A DNA stretch of 64,000 nucleotides from Candidatus Omnitrophota bacterium (GTDB lineage: Bacteria; Omnitrophota; Gorgyraeia; Gorgyraeales; Gorgyraeaceae). This document shows, piece after piece, positions 1 through 10,200 of this stretch. The position numbers and the translations under genes are program-made. The notes under the pieces were generated by a model. It did no database searches. It had not been told where the DNA came from and saw only the letters and a program-made list of their open reading frames with translations. The stretch spans positions 71,838 through 135,837 of the forward strand of contig JBDRJN010000006.1 in the NCBI GenBank assembly GCA_043814965.1, written 5' to 3'. Within the stretch, counting starts at the first letter, position 1; the number at the start of each line of letters is the position of its first letter.

Positions 1-2444
1 AAGACATAGTAGTAGAAGAAGCGCTTTATGAGGGTGAAGCAGAATGCTATGATGACTTTGATGAGACAGGATATACCGGGGAATATGAAGACGTCGAAGA
101 GGAGGAGGATTTTGGCATATCTCAGGAAGATGATCTTGAAGACATGTATTATGATGGATACGAGCCTGAGACAAGGGCCTCCAGGAGACATCAGGGCCAG
201 AAAAAAATAAGCGGAGAGCTGCAACTCGCGCTAGGCCTTACCTCGCAGGACGTCATATGGAAAGATGCTAACGGTGATAAAGTAGGAGTGCCTTTTGAGA
301 AAAACTGGCGTTATCTTTGGGGCGATGAAAGGTACAATACATACGATAAAAAGATATACGATAGGTTAAAAATAGATATAGATACAAAAAAACAGACTGG
401 TTTTAATCTTTATAGCCAGGTTGTAATAGACCCATGGACTTTTATAGGCACAAAGGACGTGAGTATCACTAATGCTGGAGCAGCAGATGATAGATTGGAT
501 CTAACATTGAAATACTGGTCCAATACAGGAAGCACTGTAAATGAGACTTATAGGACCGACCAGGGTCATATAGTGACAATAAGAGAAGGCAAGGTCATAG
601 AGGGCGAGACATCAGAAACAAGGCCTTTGTGCTTGAATAGCCAGTCGAGAATATATAATGTTATTCCAGGCGGCCTGGATATAGAAGAGGGGTATATGCC
701 CATAAGAAAATTTTGGGTGGATTATAATACTGAAGACAAGAGTTTTAATTCAAGGCTTTTTCTCATAGCAGACCAATATCAGGCGCTTACATCGGATGAC
801 CCCTTAAGGCTTTCCAATAACCATGTTTATTGGGAAGAAAGCCCTTGGCTTGACCAGTATGAGCCTAGCAGGATATTTAATAGGCCCTGGACAGATAGCC
901 CGGTAAAGGAAGGGAAGTGGGTCAGAAGCCAGTCATACTTTACGAAAGACACTGACTATAATAGGCTTACTTTTTTAAGGGGCTTGTCTTTAAATGGGTT
1001 TCTTTCCGATAGCACATCTTATAAAATGACGTTGGCAACTCCTATGACCTTGTGGGATGATTATGAAAACAGCAATAGTATTCCCGCGGCTATCAGGCTT
1101 ATGAGCACGGTCAGCTCTAAACTGACTGTTGGTTCGATCTATACGTTTAAAGGCGGGATGAATAGCGGGACTCTTGAAGCAATGAATCAAGCCTTGGGGT
1201 TTGACGGTATATATAAACTAACTAATAGCTGGGATGTTTTTGGAGAAGTGGCTGTAAGCAGTATGGATGTAGAGGAAGCAAATGGCATGCAAAGAAATTA
1301 TGGAGGTTATGCTTATAGCACGGGCCTCAAGAGCAAACCTTTTAATACAGAATTTAAAATAGCCTATATGGATAAGGATTTTTTTCCAGCTCTCTCCAAT
1401 TATAGATATACAAGGCGCGATGAATTTTACAGTAAACATGTGAGATTTTCAAAGATGCCGGATCAGGATGAAAAAATTGCCCTAGGCGATGGCATGGATA
1501 GGGGCAGGCTTGCATTTGGAGTCGAAAACTCCAAGGATTTTTTCAATAATAGCCTAAAAGCAAGATTTAATATGAGAAATGTCCGTAAGGATGATGGGAA
1601 ACAGGTCGAGACCGTATCCAGGTTGGAGACAACGTATAATGTAGATCCTAAGACTACGCTAAAGGGCCTGGCTTATTACCAGCATCTTCCAAATACAGTT
1701 AAAGGGTATGATCCTTTGATATACGCAAAGACTTCTTACGGGCTTACGGATTATTTTAGCGAAGAAGATGTTTTTATGAAAAACTCTGCCGTAGCTGACG
1801 GGGAAGACCCTTCTATAGGGAGCTTTGGCCTAGGCGTAAGGCGCGAGCTGACTGATAATTTAGCTTGGGAGGGTGTCTATGAAAGGACCAATGACCCTGG
1901 AGATACTCCTAGAGGGATTTTAAACGGGCAATCCTATACTACTGAGGTAAGAGATGGGATAATATTTGACAAGATAGTGCCTTACCTTTACAGTCAAGGC
2001 TTTTTTGAATTACCGCCATATGATTATTATGATATCTATAAGACAAAATTTATATATAAGCCTTTTACAAAACTTACAGGGATATTGAGCTATACCCGTA
2101 ATATAAACAAACAAACTATAGGTATAGATGATAATGTCAATCATGTGGGCCTAGAGTTTGATTATAAGCATAACAAGAAACTTACGTTCGGTTTTAAATA
2201 TATCTATTCAAGGATGATAGATGTCTATAGACAGGTCAAAGGAGAGGGAGTGAACTATGACGGACATCATAATATCTTTGCAGGGCTGGATTATAACATA
2301 GACAATGATCAGAAGCTTAGTATCTTGTTTGGAGAGTTTGTCGGCTATGCGCCCCTGGATGATATGTATGCTCTTCCTAAATGGTCACTTTCTAGCTTAG
2401 ATACTCAGCATATAGTAAGGATGTTTTATAATAGAACATTTTAA
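1..2444 (+). CDS. Large putative outer-membrane beta-barrel protein, 5'-partial: the frame is open back to base 3, and the ORF track shows only the first internal Met at 144
   Basis: The reading frame stays open from 3 to 2444 and the upstream end encodes a highly acidic D/E-rich tract. The protein is rich in Y/N/D/G, shows alternating beta-strand-like patterning and ends ...YNRTF with a C-terminal Phe, typical of OM beta-barrels. I recognise no specific family. Confidence 0.4.
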   Translation, partial: DIVVEEALYEGEAECYDDFDETGYTGEYEDVEEEEDFGISQEDDLEDMYYDGYEPETRASRRHQGQKKISGELQLALGLTSQDVIWKDANGDKVGVPFEKNWRYLWGDERYNTYDKKIYDRLKIDIDTKKQTGFNLYSQVVIDPWTFIGTKDVSITNAGAADDRLDLTLKYWSNTGSTVNETYRTDQGHIVTIREGKVIEGETSETRPLCLNSQSRIYNVIPGGLDIEEGYMPIRKFWVDYNTEDKSFNSRLFLIADQYQALTSDDPLRLSNNHVYWEESPWLDQYEPSRIFNRPWTDSPVKEGKWVRSQSYFTKDTDYNRLTFLRGLSLNGFLSDSTSYKMTLATPMTLWDDYENSNSIPAAIRLMSTVSSKLTVGSIYTFKGGMNSGTLEAMNQALGFDGIYKLTNSWDVFGEVAVSSMDVEEANGMQRNYGGYAYSTGLKSKPFNTEFKIAYMDKDFFPALSNYRYTRRDEFYSKHVRFSKMPDQDEKIALGDGMDRGRLAFGVENSKDFFNNSLKARFNMRNVRKDDGKQVETVSRLETTYNVDPKTTLKGLAYYQHLPNTVKGYDPLIYAKTSYGLTDYFSEEDVFMKNSAVADGEDPSIGSFGLGVRRELTDNLAWEGVYERTNDPGDTPRGILNGQSYTTEVRDGIIFDKIVPYLYSQGFFELPPYDYYDIYKTKFIYKPFTKLTGILSYTRNINKQTIGIDDNVNHVGLEFDYKHNKKLTFGFKYIYSRMIDVYRQVKGEGVNYDGHHNIFAGLDYNIDNDQKLSILFGEFVGYAPLDDMYALPKWSLSSLDTQHIVRMFYNRTF

Positions 2445-2458
2445 ATAAGGAGGAACAA

Positions 2459-3691
2459 ATGTCCATAGTAAAGAACAGAGCTTTTGAAAGCCACTTGCTA
2501 TCTGACCACGAGAGTAAGAACTTCTCTATGCTGGAACTTATAAGAAAAAATGGCCCTATCACAAGAGCTGATATATCAAAGATAACAGACCTTAATATTG
2601 TAACAGTATCAAACTATATAAATAATTTTATTAAAGCAGGGCTTGTAGTAGAAGGAGGCATGGAGGCATCTTCTGGCGGCAGGAAACCTACATTGGTAAA
2701 GCTTAATGAACGGCATGGTTTTGCCATAGGCATAGACCTGGGTAATATGGAGCTAGACCCCTCCAGGATGATAGGATTGGTCACTGATCTAGCTGGGCAT
2801 GTGGTGATAAGGGTGGAAAAGACCAGGCCAAAAGACACTATGAGCAATGTAATAGAAAAATCCATTGATTTCATAGAAGAACTTATAAGCAGAAAAGAGG
2901 TAGACCGTGAAAAGGTTAAGGGCGTAGGTATCTGTATCGGGGGTGTTATAGATGAGAATATGGGCACAGTGAGAGATTCGACCAAGGATGGAGTGAGGAC
3001 AAGCTATATGGCTATAAAAAATGCCATAGAACAAAAATATGGCATGCCGTCTTTTTTGGGTAATGATGCTACATTTGCAGCATTTGGAGAAAAGATGCAT
3101 GCATTGCCCTTGGATACGGAGAATGTGATATATATGTACTCTGATGTAGGTACAGGCATTATTATAAAAGGCAATATTTATTGCGGTGCCAGCGGTTCTG
3201 CGGGAGAGATGAGCATAAATTGCCCTAGGCCGGATGATTATATCAATATAGCAAAAAATCTGTCGTTCCTGCTTCCTATGGGAGTCGATCTTGGCTTAAT
3301 AAGGCAGGTCAAGAGGCTTATAGAAGAAGGTGTTGAATCAAAGATAAAAGATGACAAAGGTAAAATAGATAATATTACATTAGAGAATATCATAGAGGCA
3401 GCAAAGTCAGGAGATAGCTTTGCTATAGAATTACTTGAGGATGCAGCAGTCAATCTAGGCCTTAGGGTAGCGTATCTAGTCAATTTGTTCAACCCTGAGA
3501 TAGTGATAATAGGCGGGGGTGTCGAAGCTGCCGGCAGTTTATTCCTGGAGCCTCTAAGAAAGACAGTTCGCAGATGGGCTTTCGAAGAACCCGCTAATGT
3601 AGTAAAGATAATACCAGCCCAGCTGGGGAAGGATGCTGTTTCTCTGGGTGGAGCAAGTGTTGTAATAAGGAACCTCTTTATAAGCGCATAA
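2459..3691 (+). CDS. ROK-family protein (NagC/XylR-type repressor with N-terminal wHTH plus sugar-kinase fold)
   Basis: N-terminal HTH (LELIRKNGPITRADISKITDLNIVTVSNYINNFIKAGLV) is followed by a ROK/glucokinase-like region with Gly-rich ATPase motifs (GIGIDLG, GVGICIGGVID). AGGAGG lies 6 nt upstream of the ATG. Confidence 0.75.
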   Translation: MSIVKNRAFESHLLSDHESKNFSMLELIRKNGPITRADISKITDLNIVTVSNYINNFIKAGLVVEGGMEASSGGRKPTLVKLNERHGFAIGIDLGNMELDPSRMIGLVTDLAGHVVIRVEKTRPKDTMSNVIEKSIDFIEELISRKEVDREKVKGVGICIGGVIDENMGTVRDSTKDGVRTSYMAIKNAIEQKYGMPSFLGNDATFAAFGEKMHALPLDTENVIYMYSDVGTGIIIKGNIYCGASGSAGEMSINCPRPDDYINIAKNLSFLLPMGVDLGLIRQVKRLIEEGVESKIKDDKGKIDNITLENIIEAAKSGDSFAIELLEDAAVNLGLRVAYLVNLFNPEIVIIGGGVEAAGSLFLEPLRKTVRRWAFEEPANVVKIIPAQLGKDAVSLGGASVVIRNLFISA

Positions 3692-3711
3692 TTCGTACGT
3701 GATGGAAGCCA

Positions 3712-3851
3712 GGCTTACGTTCGCTCACTTTGTTCGCTCCAATTGATCAACAGTTATATCCCTCGCAACACAGTATCAAATAATGGCCGCTCGGGATTAA
3801 TTCGCACATTGGCTTACGTTCGCTCACTTTGTTCGCTCCGTAAGCCAAGTG
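3712..3851. repeat. Two 29-bp direct repeats (GGCTTACGTTCGCTCACTTTGTTCGCTCC at 3712-3740 and 3811-3839); the second is embedded in a 10-bp inverted repeat (TTGGCTTACG / CGTAAGCCAA)
   Basis: Read directly from the sequence. The internal heptamer TTCGCTC is itself duplicated within each unit. A downstream tandem ACCGTATCAA x2 lies at 3859-3880. Confidence 0.6.
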
Positions 3852-3897
3852 CTCATTAACCGTATCAAAACCGTATCAATAAAGTTGTAACGCTATA

Positions 3898-3926
3898 TTG
3901 ACAAATAATTAGTAGTATGATATACT
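3898..3926 (+). promoter_or_regulatory. Sigma70-type promoter TTGACA-N17-TATACT upstream of the efflux operon
   Basis: -35 TTGACA at 3898-3903, a 17-nt spacer and -10 TATACT at 3921-3926. AGGAG follows about 6 nt before the ATG at 3949. Confidence 0.5.
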
Positions 3927-3948
3927 TCTCCATTAACTAGGAGAAAGT

Positions 3949-5829
3949 ATGCAAAAAAAGCGTATCATACTACTAAACCTTATTGGAATTGCTGTTTTTA
4001 TAGTAGCATTTCAAACCGTATCATTTCCTTATAATACTGATAATACCACAGAATCTTTAACCAAATATATAGTAAATATATCAAGGGATATATCTAACTC
4101 TATCTTTCCTTATCCAAAATCTTCCATAGTCACTGATTCTAAAGGCAGCCTAAAACTAAAGATGCTTATCTCTCCATGGGGAGAGCTCAAAGATGTATAT
4201 ATTTATGAGTCATCCGGAAGCGATGAACTTGATAGTATATGCCTGCAGGCTGTATGGTCCAATGATAGGTATGAGCCTTTCCCAGAAGCCCTTGGCGAGG
4301 AAGAGAGGTGGATAGATATCCCTGTATTATTTGAGAATATCAAAGAAACACCAGAGTATATTTTGGATGATACGGATATGGATGTTCATTTATCAAGCAG
4401 AGACCTATTGGGTATTGATAGGGATGTGCTGCCGGAAGGGAATGCGTCAGGCAGTACCCATGTCTTAGGAATAGAAGAAGCTATAGATATTGCGATGGAA
4501 AATCATACACCTGCCGAGATCGCAAGAGATGAGATAAGCCTTTCAAACCTTAAGATGAAGGAGGCCAAGAGAGCGCTTTTCCCTACAGGAAGCCTTAATA
4601 TGCTTGAGACAATAGGAAGGACTACGGAGCGTACCCAGGATTTTACTGATAGGGAATATAAATTAAAATTTGAATACCCGCTCTTTTATGGCTGGAGATT
4701 GCGATACGCAGTTGAAAAGGCAAGGGCCAATATAAAGACATCAGAAGAGAATTATGATAAGGTATTGCAGGATCTCAGGGGAGAAGTAGAGGCGGCTTTT
4801 TATTCATACGTAGCAAAAAAGTCAAATCTAAAGCTGCAGCGTAACCTTCTAGAGAGCGTAAAAGGTGTCTTTGATATTGCAAAAAAAAGGCATGCGCTAG
4901 GGCTTAGCACCAACTCAGAGTTCTTACAGGTACAATCGCAGATGGAGCAGGTCAATTACCAAGTCGTCTCCAGCGAGAACGATCTTTCTATAGCAAAGCT
5001 TACTTTACAGCAGGCTGTAAACCTGGAGGATACTAAAGAACTTGAAAAATTGATAGATATGGATGTTGATATAGAGGATCTCAAGCCTTTGTCTATAGAC
5101 GCTCCCCTTGAAAAATGCCTGGAGCTGGCATTTAAATACAGGCCTGATCTAAAGGCAAAAAAGCACAATATCGAGTTTAATGAATACGAGGATAGGATCC
5201 AGAAAAGCAAGGACCAGATAAAAGTAGACCTTACTGGTTCTTATGGCCGTTCAGGGGGTGCTTTTCAATCCGAAAGCTTGCTCCTTTCAAATGATTGGTA
5301 TCTGGGATTAAAGGCATCCAAACCTCTTGGCGTAAATACACTCTCAACTGCTATGACAAAAGAGGAGACTACGGAAAAACACGGACAGACCTCCAGGACA
5401 GAATCAATGAGCCGTTCATTAGAATTGGGATTGATCGACAATCTGCAGTCCTTTTCCGAGAAGAAGACAAGCGAGATAGCCCTTAAGAAGGCAAAGGATG
5501 AATTAGACCAGATGAAAGATGCTATCATCAAAGAAATAAACGAGGCCTATTTAAGTTATAAAAAAGAGATAATGCAAGTAGCCTCCAGTTTAAATAAGAT
5601 CAATTATAAGGAAGAAGAACTTAATATCGCAAAGGCTCGTTTAGACCTGAACGAGATACCGTATTCACAGCTTATACAGGCATATATGACTCTTAACGAT
5701 GAAAAGACTTATTATGTCGAGGCAATAGGAAGTCTTTATCAGTCATTGTCCACTTTAAATAAGGCTACGGGGTATACATTATTTTTGGACAGTGAGAACT
5801 TTATGTTAGCAGATTCGAGGAAGAAATGA
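3949..5829 (+). CDS. TolC-family outer-membrane efflux protein with an N-terminal extension of about 170 aa that resembles a TonB C-terminal domain
   Basis: The C-terminal 450 aa show the typical OEP/TolC coiled-coil repeat pattern (EENYDKVLQDLRGEVEAAFY...LQRNLLESVKGVFDIAKKRHALGLSTNSEFLQVQSQ). The N-terminal region (SSIVTDSKGSLKLKMLISPWGELKDVYIYESSGSDELDSICLQAVWSNDRYEPFP) matches the TonB_C pattern (..G.V.V.F.I...G.V..V.V..SSG...LD.AA..AV....F.P). Confidence 0.75.
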   Translation: MQKKRIILLNLIGIAVFIVAFQTVSFPYNTDNTTESLTKYIVNISRDISNSIFPYPKSSIVTDSKGSLKLKMLISPWGELKDVYIYESSGSDELDSICLQAVWSNDRYEPFPEALGEEERWIDIPVLFENIKETPEYILDDTDMDVHLSSRDLLGIDRDVLPEGNASGSTHVLGIEEAIDIAMENHTPAEIARDEISLSNLKMKEAKRALFPTGSLNMLETIGRTTERTQDFTDREYKLKFEYPLFYGWRLRYAVEKARANIKTSEENYDKVLQDLRGEVEAAFYSYVAKKSNLKLQRNLLESVKGVFDIAKKRHALGLSTNSEFLQVQSQMEQVNYQVVSSENDLSIAKLTLQQAVNLEDTKELEKLIDMDVDIEDLKPLSIDAPLEKCLELAFKYRPDLKAKKHNIEFNEYEDRIQKSKDQIKVDLTGSYGRSGGAFQSESLLLSNDWYLGLKASKPLGVNTLSTAMTKEETTEKHGQTSRTESMSRSLELGLIDNLQSFSEKKTSEIALKKAKDELDQMKDAIIKEINEAYLSYKKEIMQVASSLNKINYKEEELNIAKARLDLNEIPYSQLIQAYMTLNDEKTYYVEAIGSLYQSLSTLNKATGYTLFLDSENFMLADSRKK

Positions 5830-7112
5830 TCAATACTAAAAAAATACTCATTGGTTTTATAGCGCTATGGGTATTGGGGTTTTTGATTATCTGGGGGATC
5901 ACACTTTCCAAAAGAGGTTCCGCAAAGAAAAAACCTGTCTCTTCATTTGATATGGAGCAGCTCGAGAAAGAAGATATGAGTATAGAGGGAGAAGAGGGGC
6001 TTGAACTAGCTACCGATGAAGTTGGTATGATGGATGGACTTATTGATTCTCAGGGTATGCCTTCTCAATCCCCGGACATGCAGCAGCAAGGCACCCAGGG
6101 GACAGAGGCCTTGCCTGTCAGATGTTATAAGATCAGCCTTATGGATTTTAAAGATGACCTGCCTGTAATGGGTATTGTAAAGGGTTCTTCAGAGATAGAG
6201 CTTAAGTTTGAGATAAACGGCGTGATCGAATCTATAAATTTCAGAGAAGGGGATGTTGTCTATAAAGACGACAAGATAGCTAACCTTGACAAAAAAGACG
6301 CAAAACTTAAGGTAGAATATTCAAAGAGTAAACTCGATTCTTCTAAGGCGCAGGCCCTGGCAGCTAAGAAAAAATTAGAGATACATAAGGATCTTTATGA
6401 TATAGGAGCTATTATAAAGGCAAAGCTGGAGGAAGTTGAACTTGAGGCAAGGGCAGCAGAGCTCCAGGCAAAGTCTGCAGAAGTGGAACTCAAGTCAGCG
6501 GAAGAAGAGTTAAATAAAACAGATATGTATGCGCCGAGAGATGGGGTGCTTGGTTCGCGTGATGCCGAGGTGGGAGAATTTGTAACTCCTCAAAATAAGA
6601 TAGGGACTCTTTATGATACAGCCCAGGTATTCGTAGAATTGGGTATAGTGGAAAGAGACATAGACAAGATCGCATTGGCCCAGGATGTTGTAGTGACTGT
6701 TGATACTTATCCTGACATGGTATTTACAGGTACTGTTGACAATGTGTTTCCTATAGTTGAAGGCAAATCAAGGACCCTTACTGTCAGGGTAGGAATAGAT
6801 AACGAGGATAACCTGCTTTTACCTGGCATGTTCGCAAGGGCAAAGATCACTATAGCTCAGTTCGAAGATGCGATAGTGATACCTAGCTTTGCATTGGATA
6901 AGACAGACGAAGGATACAAGGTCTTTGTAGTATCTCAAAGCAACATAGCGTCTCCCAGGGATATAGAAGTAGAATATGTGACTACGGATTATACAGTGAT
7001 CCAGTCTGGTTTGAGCGAGGGAGAAGTAGTTGTTATAGATGCGCCTCAGGAATTAAAAGATGGCGTGCCTGTAAATATCATAGATCTGCAGGAAAGCAGC
7101 GCTAAAGAGTAA
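5826..7112 (+). CDS. RND efflux membrane-fusion (periplasmic adaptor) protein, HlyD/AcrA family
   Basis: Signal anchor, a biotin-lipoyl-like motif (INFREGDVVYKDDKIANLD), a coiled-coil, and beta-barrel/MPD motifs (DMYAPRDGVLG...VTPQNKIGTLYD...VVTVDTYPDMVFTGTVDNVFP). The start overlaps the tolC stop (ATGA), implying translational coupling. Confidence 0.8.
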   Translation: MINTKKILIGFIALWVLGFLIIWGITLSKRGSAKKKPVSSFDMEQLEKEDMSIEGEEGLELATDEVGMMDGLIDSQGMPSQSPDMQQQGTQGTEALPVRCYKISLMDFKDDLPVMGIVKGSSEIELKFEINGVIESINFREGDVVYKDDKIANLDKKDAKLKVEYSKSKLDSSKAQALAAKKKLEIHKDLYDIGAIIKAKLEEVELEARAAELQAKSAEVELKSAEEELNKTDMYAPRDGVLGSRDAEVGEFVTPQNKIGTLYDTAQVFVELGIVERDIDKIALAQDVVVTVDTYPDMVFTGTVDNVFPIVEGKSRTLTVRVGIDNEDNLLLPGMFARAKITIAQFEDAIVIPSFALDKTDEGYKVFVVSQSNIASPRDIEVEYVTTDYTVIQSGLSEGEVVVIDAPQELKDGVPVNIIDLQESSAKE

Positions 7113-7232
7113 ATATTGGATCACACAGATGGCTACAGATTAAAAAATACAAGATGGTCGCAGATGATAGGATCTCTGTGTTCATCTGTGACAACTTAAA
7201 CTTAACGTGAAATCTGAGATTATCTGTGTATT

Positions 7233-10200
7233 ATGAGCCTTCCACATTTTTCAGTAGATAAACCCGTAACAACATCCATGATATTCGTAGGCATACTGCT
7301 TTTGGGAGTCATATCCCTGACGCGCCTGCCTCAAGAGCTTTTTCCATCCGTAAATTTTCCTCAACTTACAATAGTCACGACTTATGAGAATGCTGCCCCT
7401 GAAGAAGTCGAGACATTGATAACAAAGATCATAGAAGAGACAGTAGGGACCGTAGGGAGCATCAAGAGGGTAAGCTCTATATCGAAAGAGGGAGTTTCTA
7501 TAGTCACTGCTGAGTTCAATTGGGGCACCAATATGGATTTTGCCTCATTAGGCGTAAGGGAAAAGATAGACCTTGTAAAGGAACGCCTTCCCCTGGGATC
7601 AGCTGACCCGATAGTGATGAAGTTCAATCCATTTGAACTCCCGGTTGTTACCCTTAGTGTTACAGGAAAACATTCTCCAGCTGAGCTTCTGCGCCTTTCA
7701 AGAAAATTCATCAAGGATGAATTGGAAAAAGTCGAAGGAGTAGCTTCTTGCAGTGTGAACGGAGGCCTTGAAAGAGAGATACTTGTCTCAGTGGACGCGG
7801 GAAGGCTTTACGCGTCAAAAATAGCTATTACAAAGATCGTTGATGGCCTGCGTTCGTCAAACCTCAATTATCCTGCAGGCACAATAGAAGAACATTTTTA
7901 TGAGTATCTTATCAGGACTATGGGAGAGTTCAAGCTGATACCAGAGATACAAGAGACGATTATAGGCAAGGACGAGGAAGAAGACAAAGGGTACATGAAC
8001 CCGAATCGGGAGGAGGCAAAGACCGATATCAGGGCATCGCGTTTGATATTACTTAAAGATGTAGCAGAGATAAAAGACACATTTCAGGAAAAGACAAACA
8101 TCTCCAGGTACAATGGCAAAGAAAATATCTCAGTTTCAGTGCAAAAACAAGCAAGCGCGAATACATTGCGTGTCGCTGATAAGGTAAGGGATAAATTAGA
8201 AGATATCAAAAGAGATCTCCCGAAGGGCATGGATGTCACGATAATATACGACCAGTCGATATTTATCAAAAAATCAATAAGCGGAGTGATGGACGCGGCT
8301 GTGCAGGGAGGCATGCTTGCATTTATAGTGCTTTTTGTGTTCTTAAGGAATGTCAAGGCGTCTTTCGTAGTAGCGTTTTCAATGCCTGTAAGTATCATGG
8401 TGGCGTTTACGCTTATGTATTTTAACGGTATCACATTGAATATGCTTTCCCTTGGAGGCCTCGCGCTCGGTATAGGTATGCTTGTCGATAATGCTATAGT
8501 CGTCATAGAGAATATCTATGTCCATTTTAATAGGACCAGGGATATGAAGGAATCCAGTAAGTTCGGGGCGAGCGAGATGTCAGCGAACCTGTTTTCATCC
8601 ACGCTTACTACAGTAGCGGTATTTTTACCTATGGTGTTTGTCGTCGGAGTAGCCGGGCAGTTGTTCAAAGAACTCGCGTTTACTGTTATATTCTCACTGT
8701 TAGCGTCTTTATTGGTGGCATTGTCATTGATACCGCGCTTGGCAGCAATGGGGGGCAGTAATCCAAAAAAAGTAAAGGCTATATCCACGGCGAATTTTAC
8801 ATTTGGACTTGGACCTATATATAATAAATTTATACCTATAGTATTAAGGTTTAGATGGTTATTTTTACTTTTCGTGATGGGAATTTTTGTATTGAGTATA
8901 GGGCTATTTCCATTCATAGATAAAGAATTCATGCCAAAGGTAGACCAAAGAGAATTTATCATGAGAGTGAACATGCCGAACGGGACAAGGCTTAATATAA
9001 CAGACAGGGTAGTGAAAAGAGTAGAAAATATACTCCTCGAGACCAAAGAATTAGAAGGTATAGCTGTTACTATAGGTTCCAGTAAAAGTAAGGGTGATTC
9101 ACAGAGCCTGGAGATGATGAGCTCTTCGCAGTCACAGATCATAGTGGCATTAAAAAAGGACAGAAAACTGGCCCATACTTCTAAGGTCATAGAAAGGCTG
9201 AAAGACCAATTTGACAAGTTGAACCTGGAAGGCGCTGAAATAGAATATATACTCCAGGAGAGCTTTTTTAAATCAGCGATGCAGGGATCAGCCCCGATCG
9301 TAATAGAGATAAAAGGTAAAAACCTTGAAAATATAGAGGAGGTATCTAAATACATACAGGAAAACATTGCGAACATAGGAGGTATCTATGGCGTGCGTAC
9401 AAGCCTTTCCGAGCCTTCTCCTGAGACAAAAGTAAATGTCATACAGGATAGGGCTGCGCTTTACAATCTTTCTACAGGAGTCATCTCCCAGGCAGCTCAT
9501 GCTGCTATAAAGGGAGCCGTGGCTACTAAATTTAAGGAAGAGGGCAAGGAGATAGATATAAGGGTAAGGCTTAGGAATGAGGACCGTTCCAAGCTTTCTA
9601 ACCTCAGAAATATTCTTATACATTCCCCGCTTGATATAGAAGTGCCCCTGTCGGAAGTAGCATATATCACGCAAGGCGTCGGGCCCAGCGAGATAAAACG
9701 CCTTGACCAGCAGAGGGTTATCCTCGTGACAGCTAATCTGTCCGAACGGCCTCTTAATAAAGTAATAAAAGATGTGGAGGTATTGATAAAAGAGACAGAA
9801 GAGACGATGGCTGAAAAGATAAATGCTTCTAAATCCGCAGAAAAGGATATTACAATAACGCTGTCTGGAGAAAGCCAGCAAATGGGGGAGAGCTTTAGTT
9901 CTTTGGCATTTGCTTTGATGCTTTCAATACTCCTGGTATACATGATAATGGCTTCGCAGTTTGAATCATTATGGCAGCCTTTTATAATAATGTTCACTAT
10001 GCCTTTATCCCTTACAGGGGTTTTCGCGATTTTATTTATTACGCGTACTCCTATAAGCGTCGTTGTCATGCTCGGAGTCATAATCCTGGGAGGCATTGTC
10101 GTTAATAATGGTATTATTTTAATAGATTGCATCAATGCGCTTGTAAAAGAAGGCAAAACTATAATGGAGGCTGCTATAGAATCCGGCAGCGCAAGGCTCA

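Noticed and set aside
28-210. 60-aa ORF at the window start
   Set aside because: It is out of frame with, and overlapped by, the long open frame of the large outer-membrane-protein gene, which runs back to base 3. It is most likely spurious.
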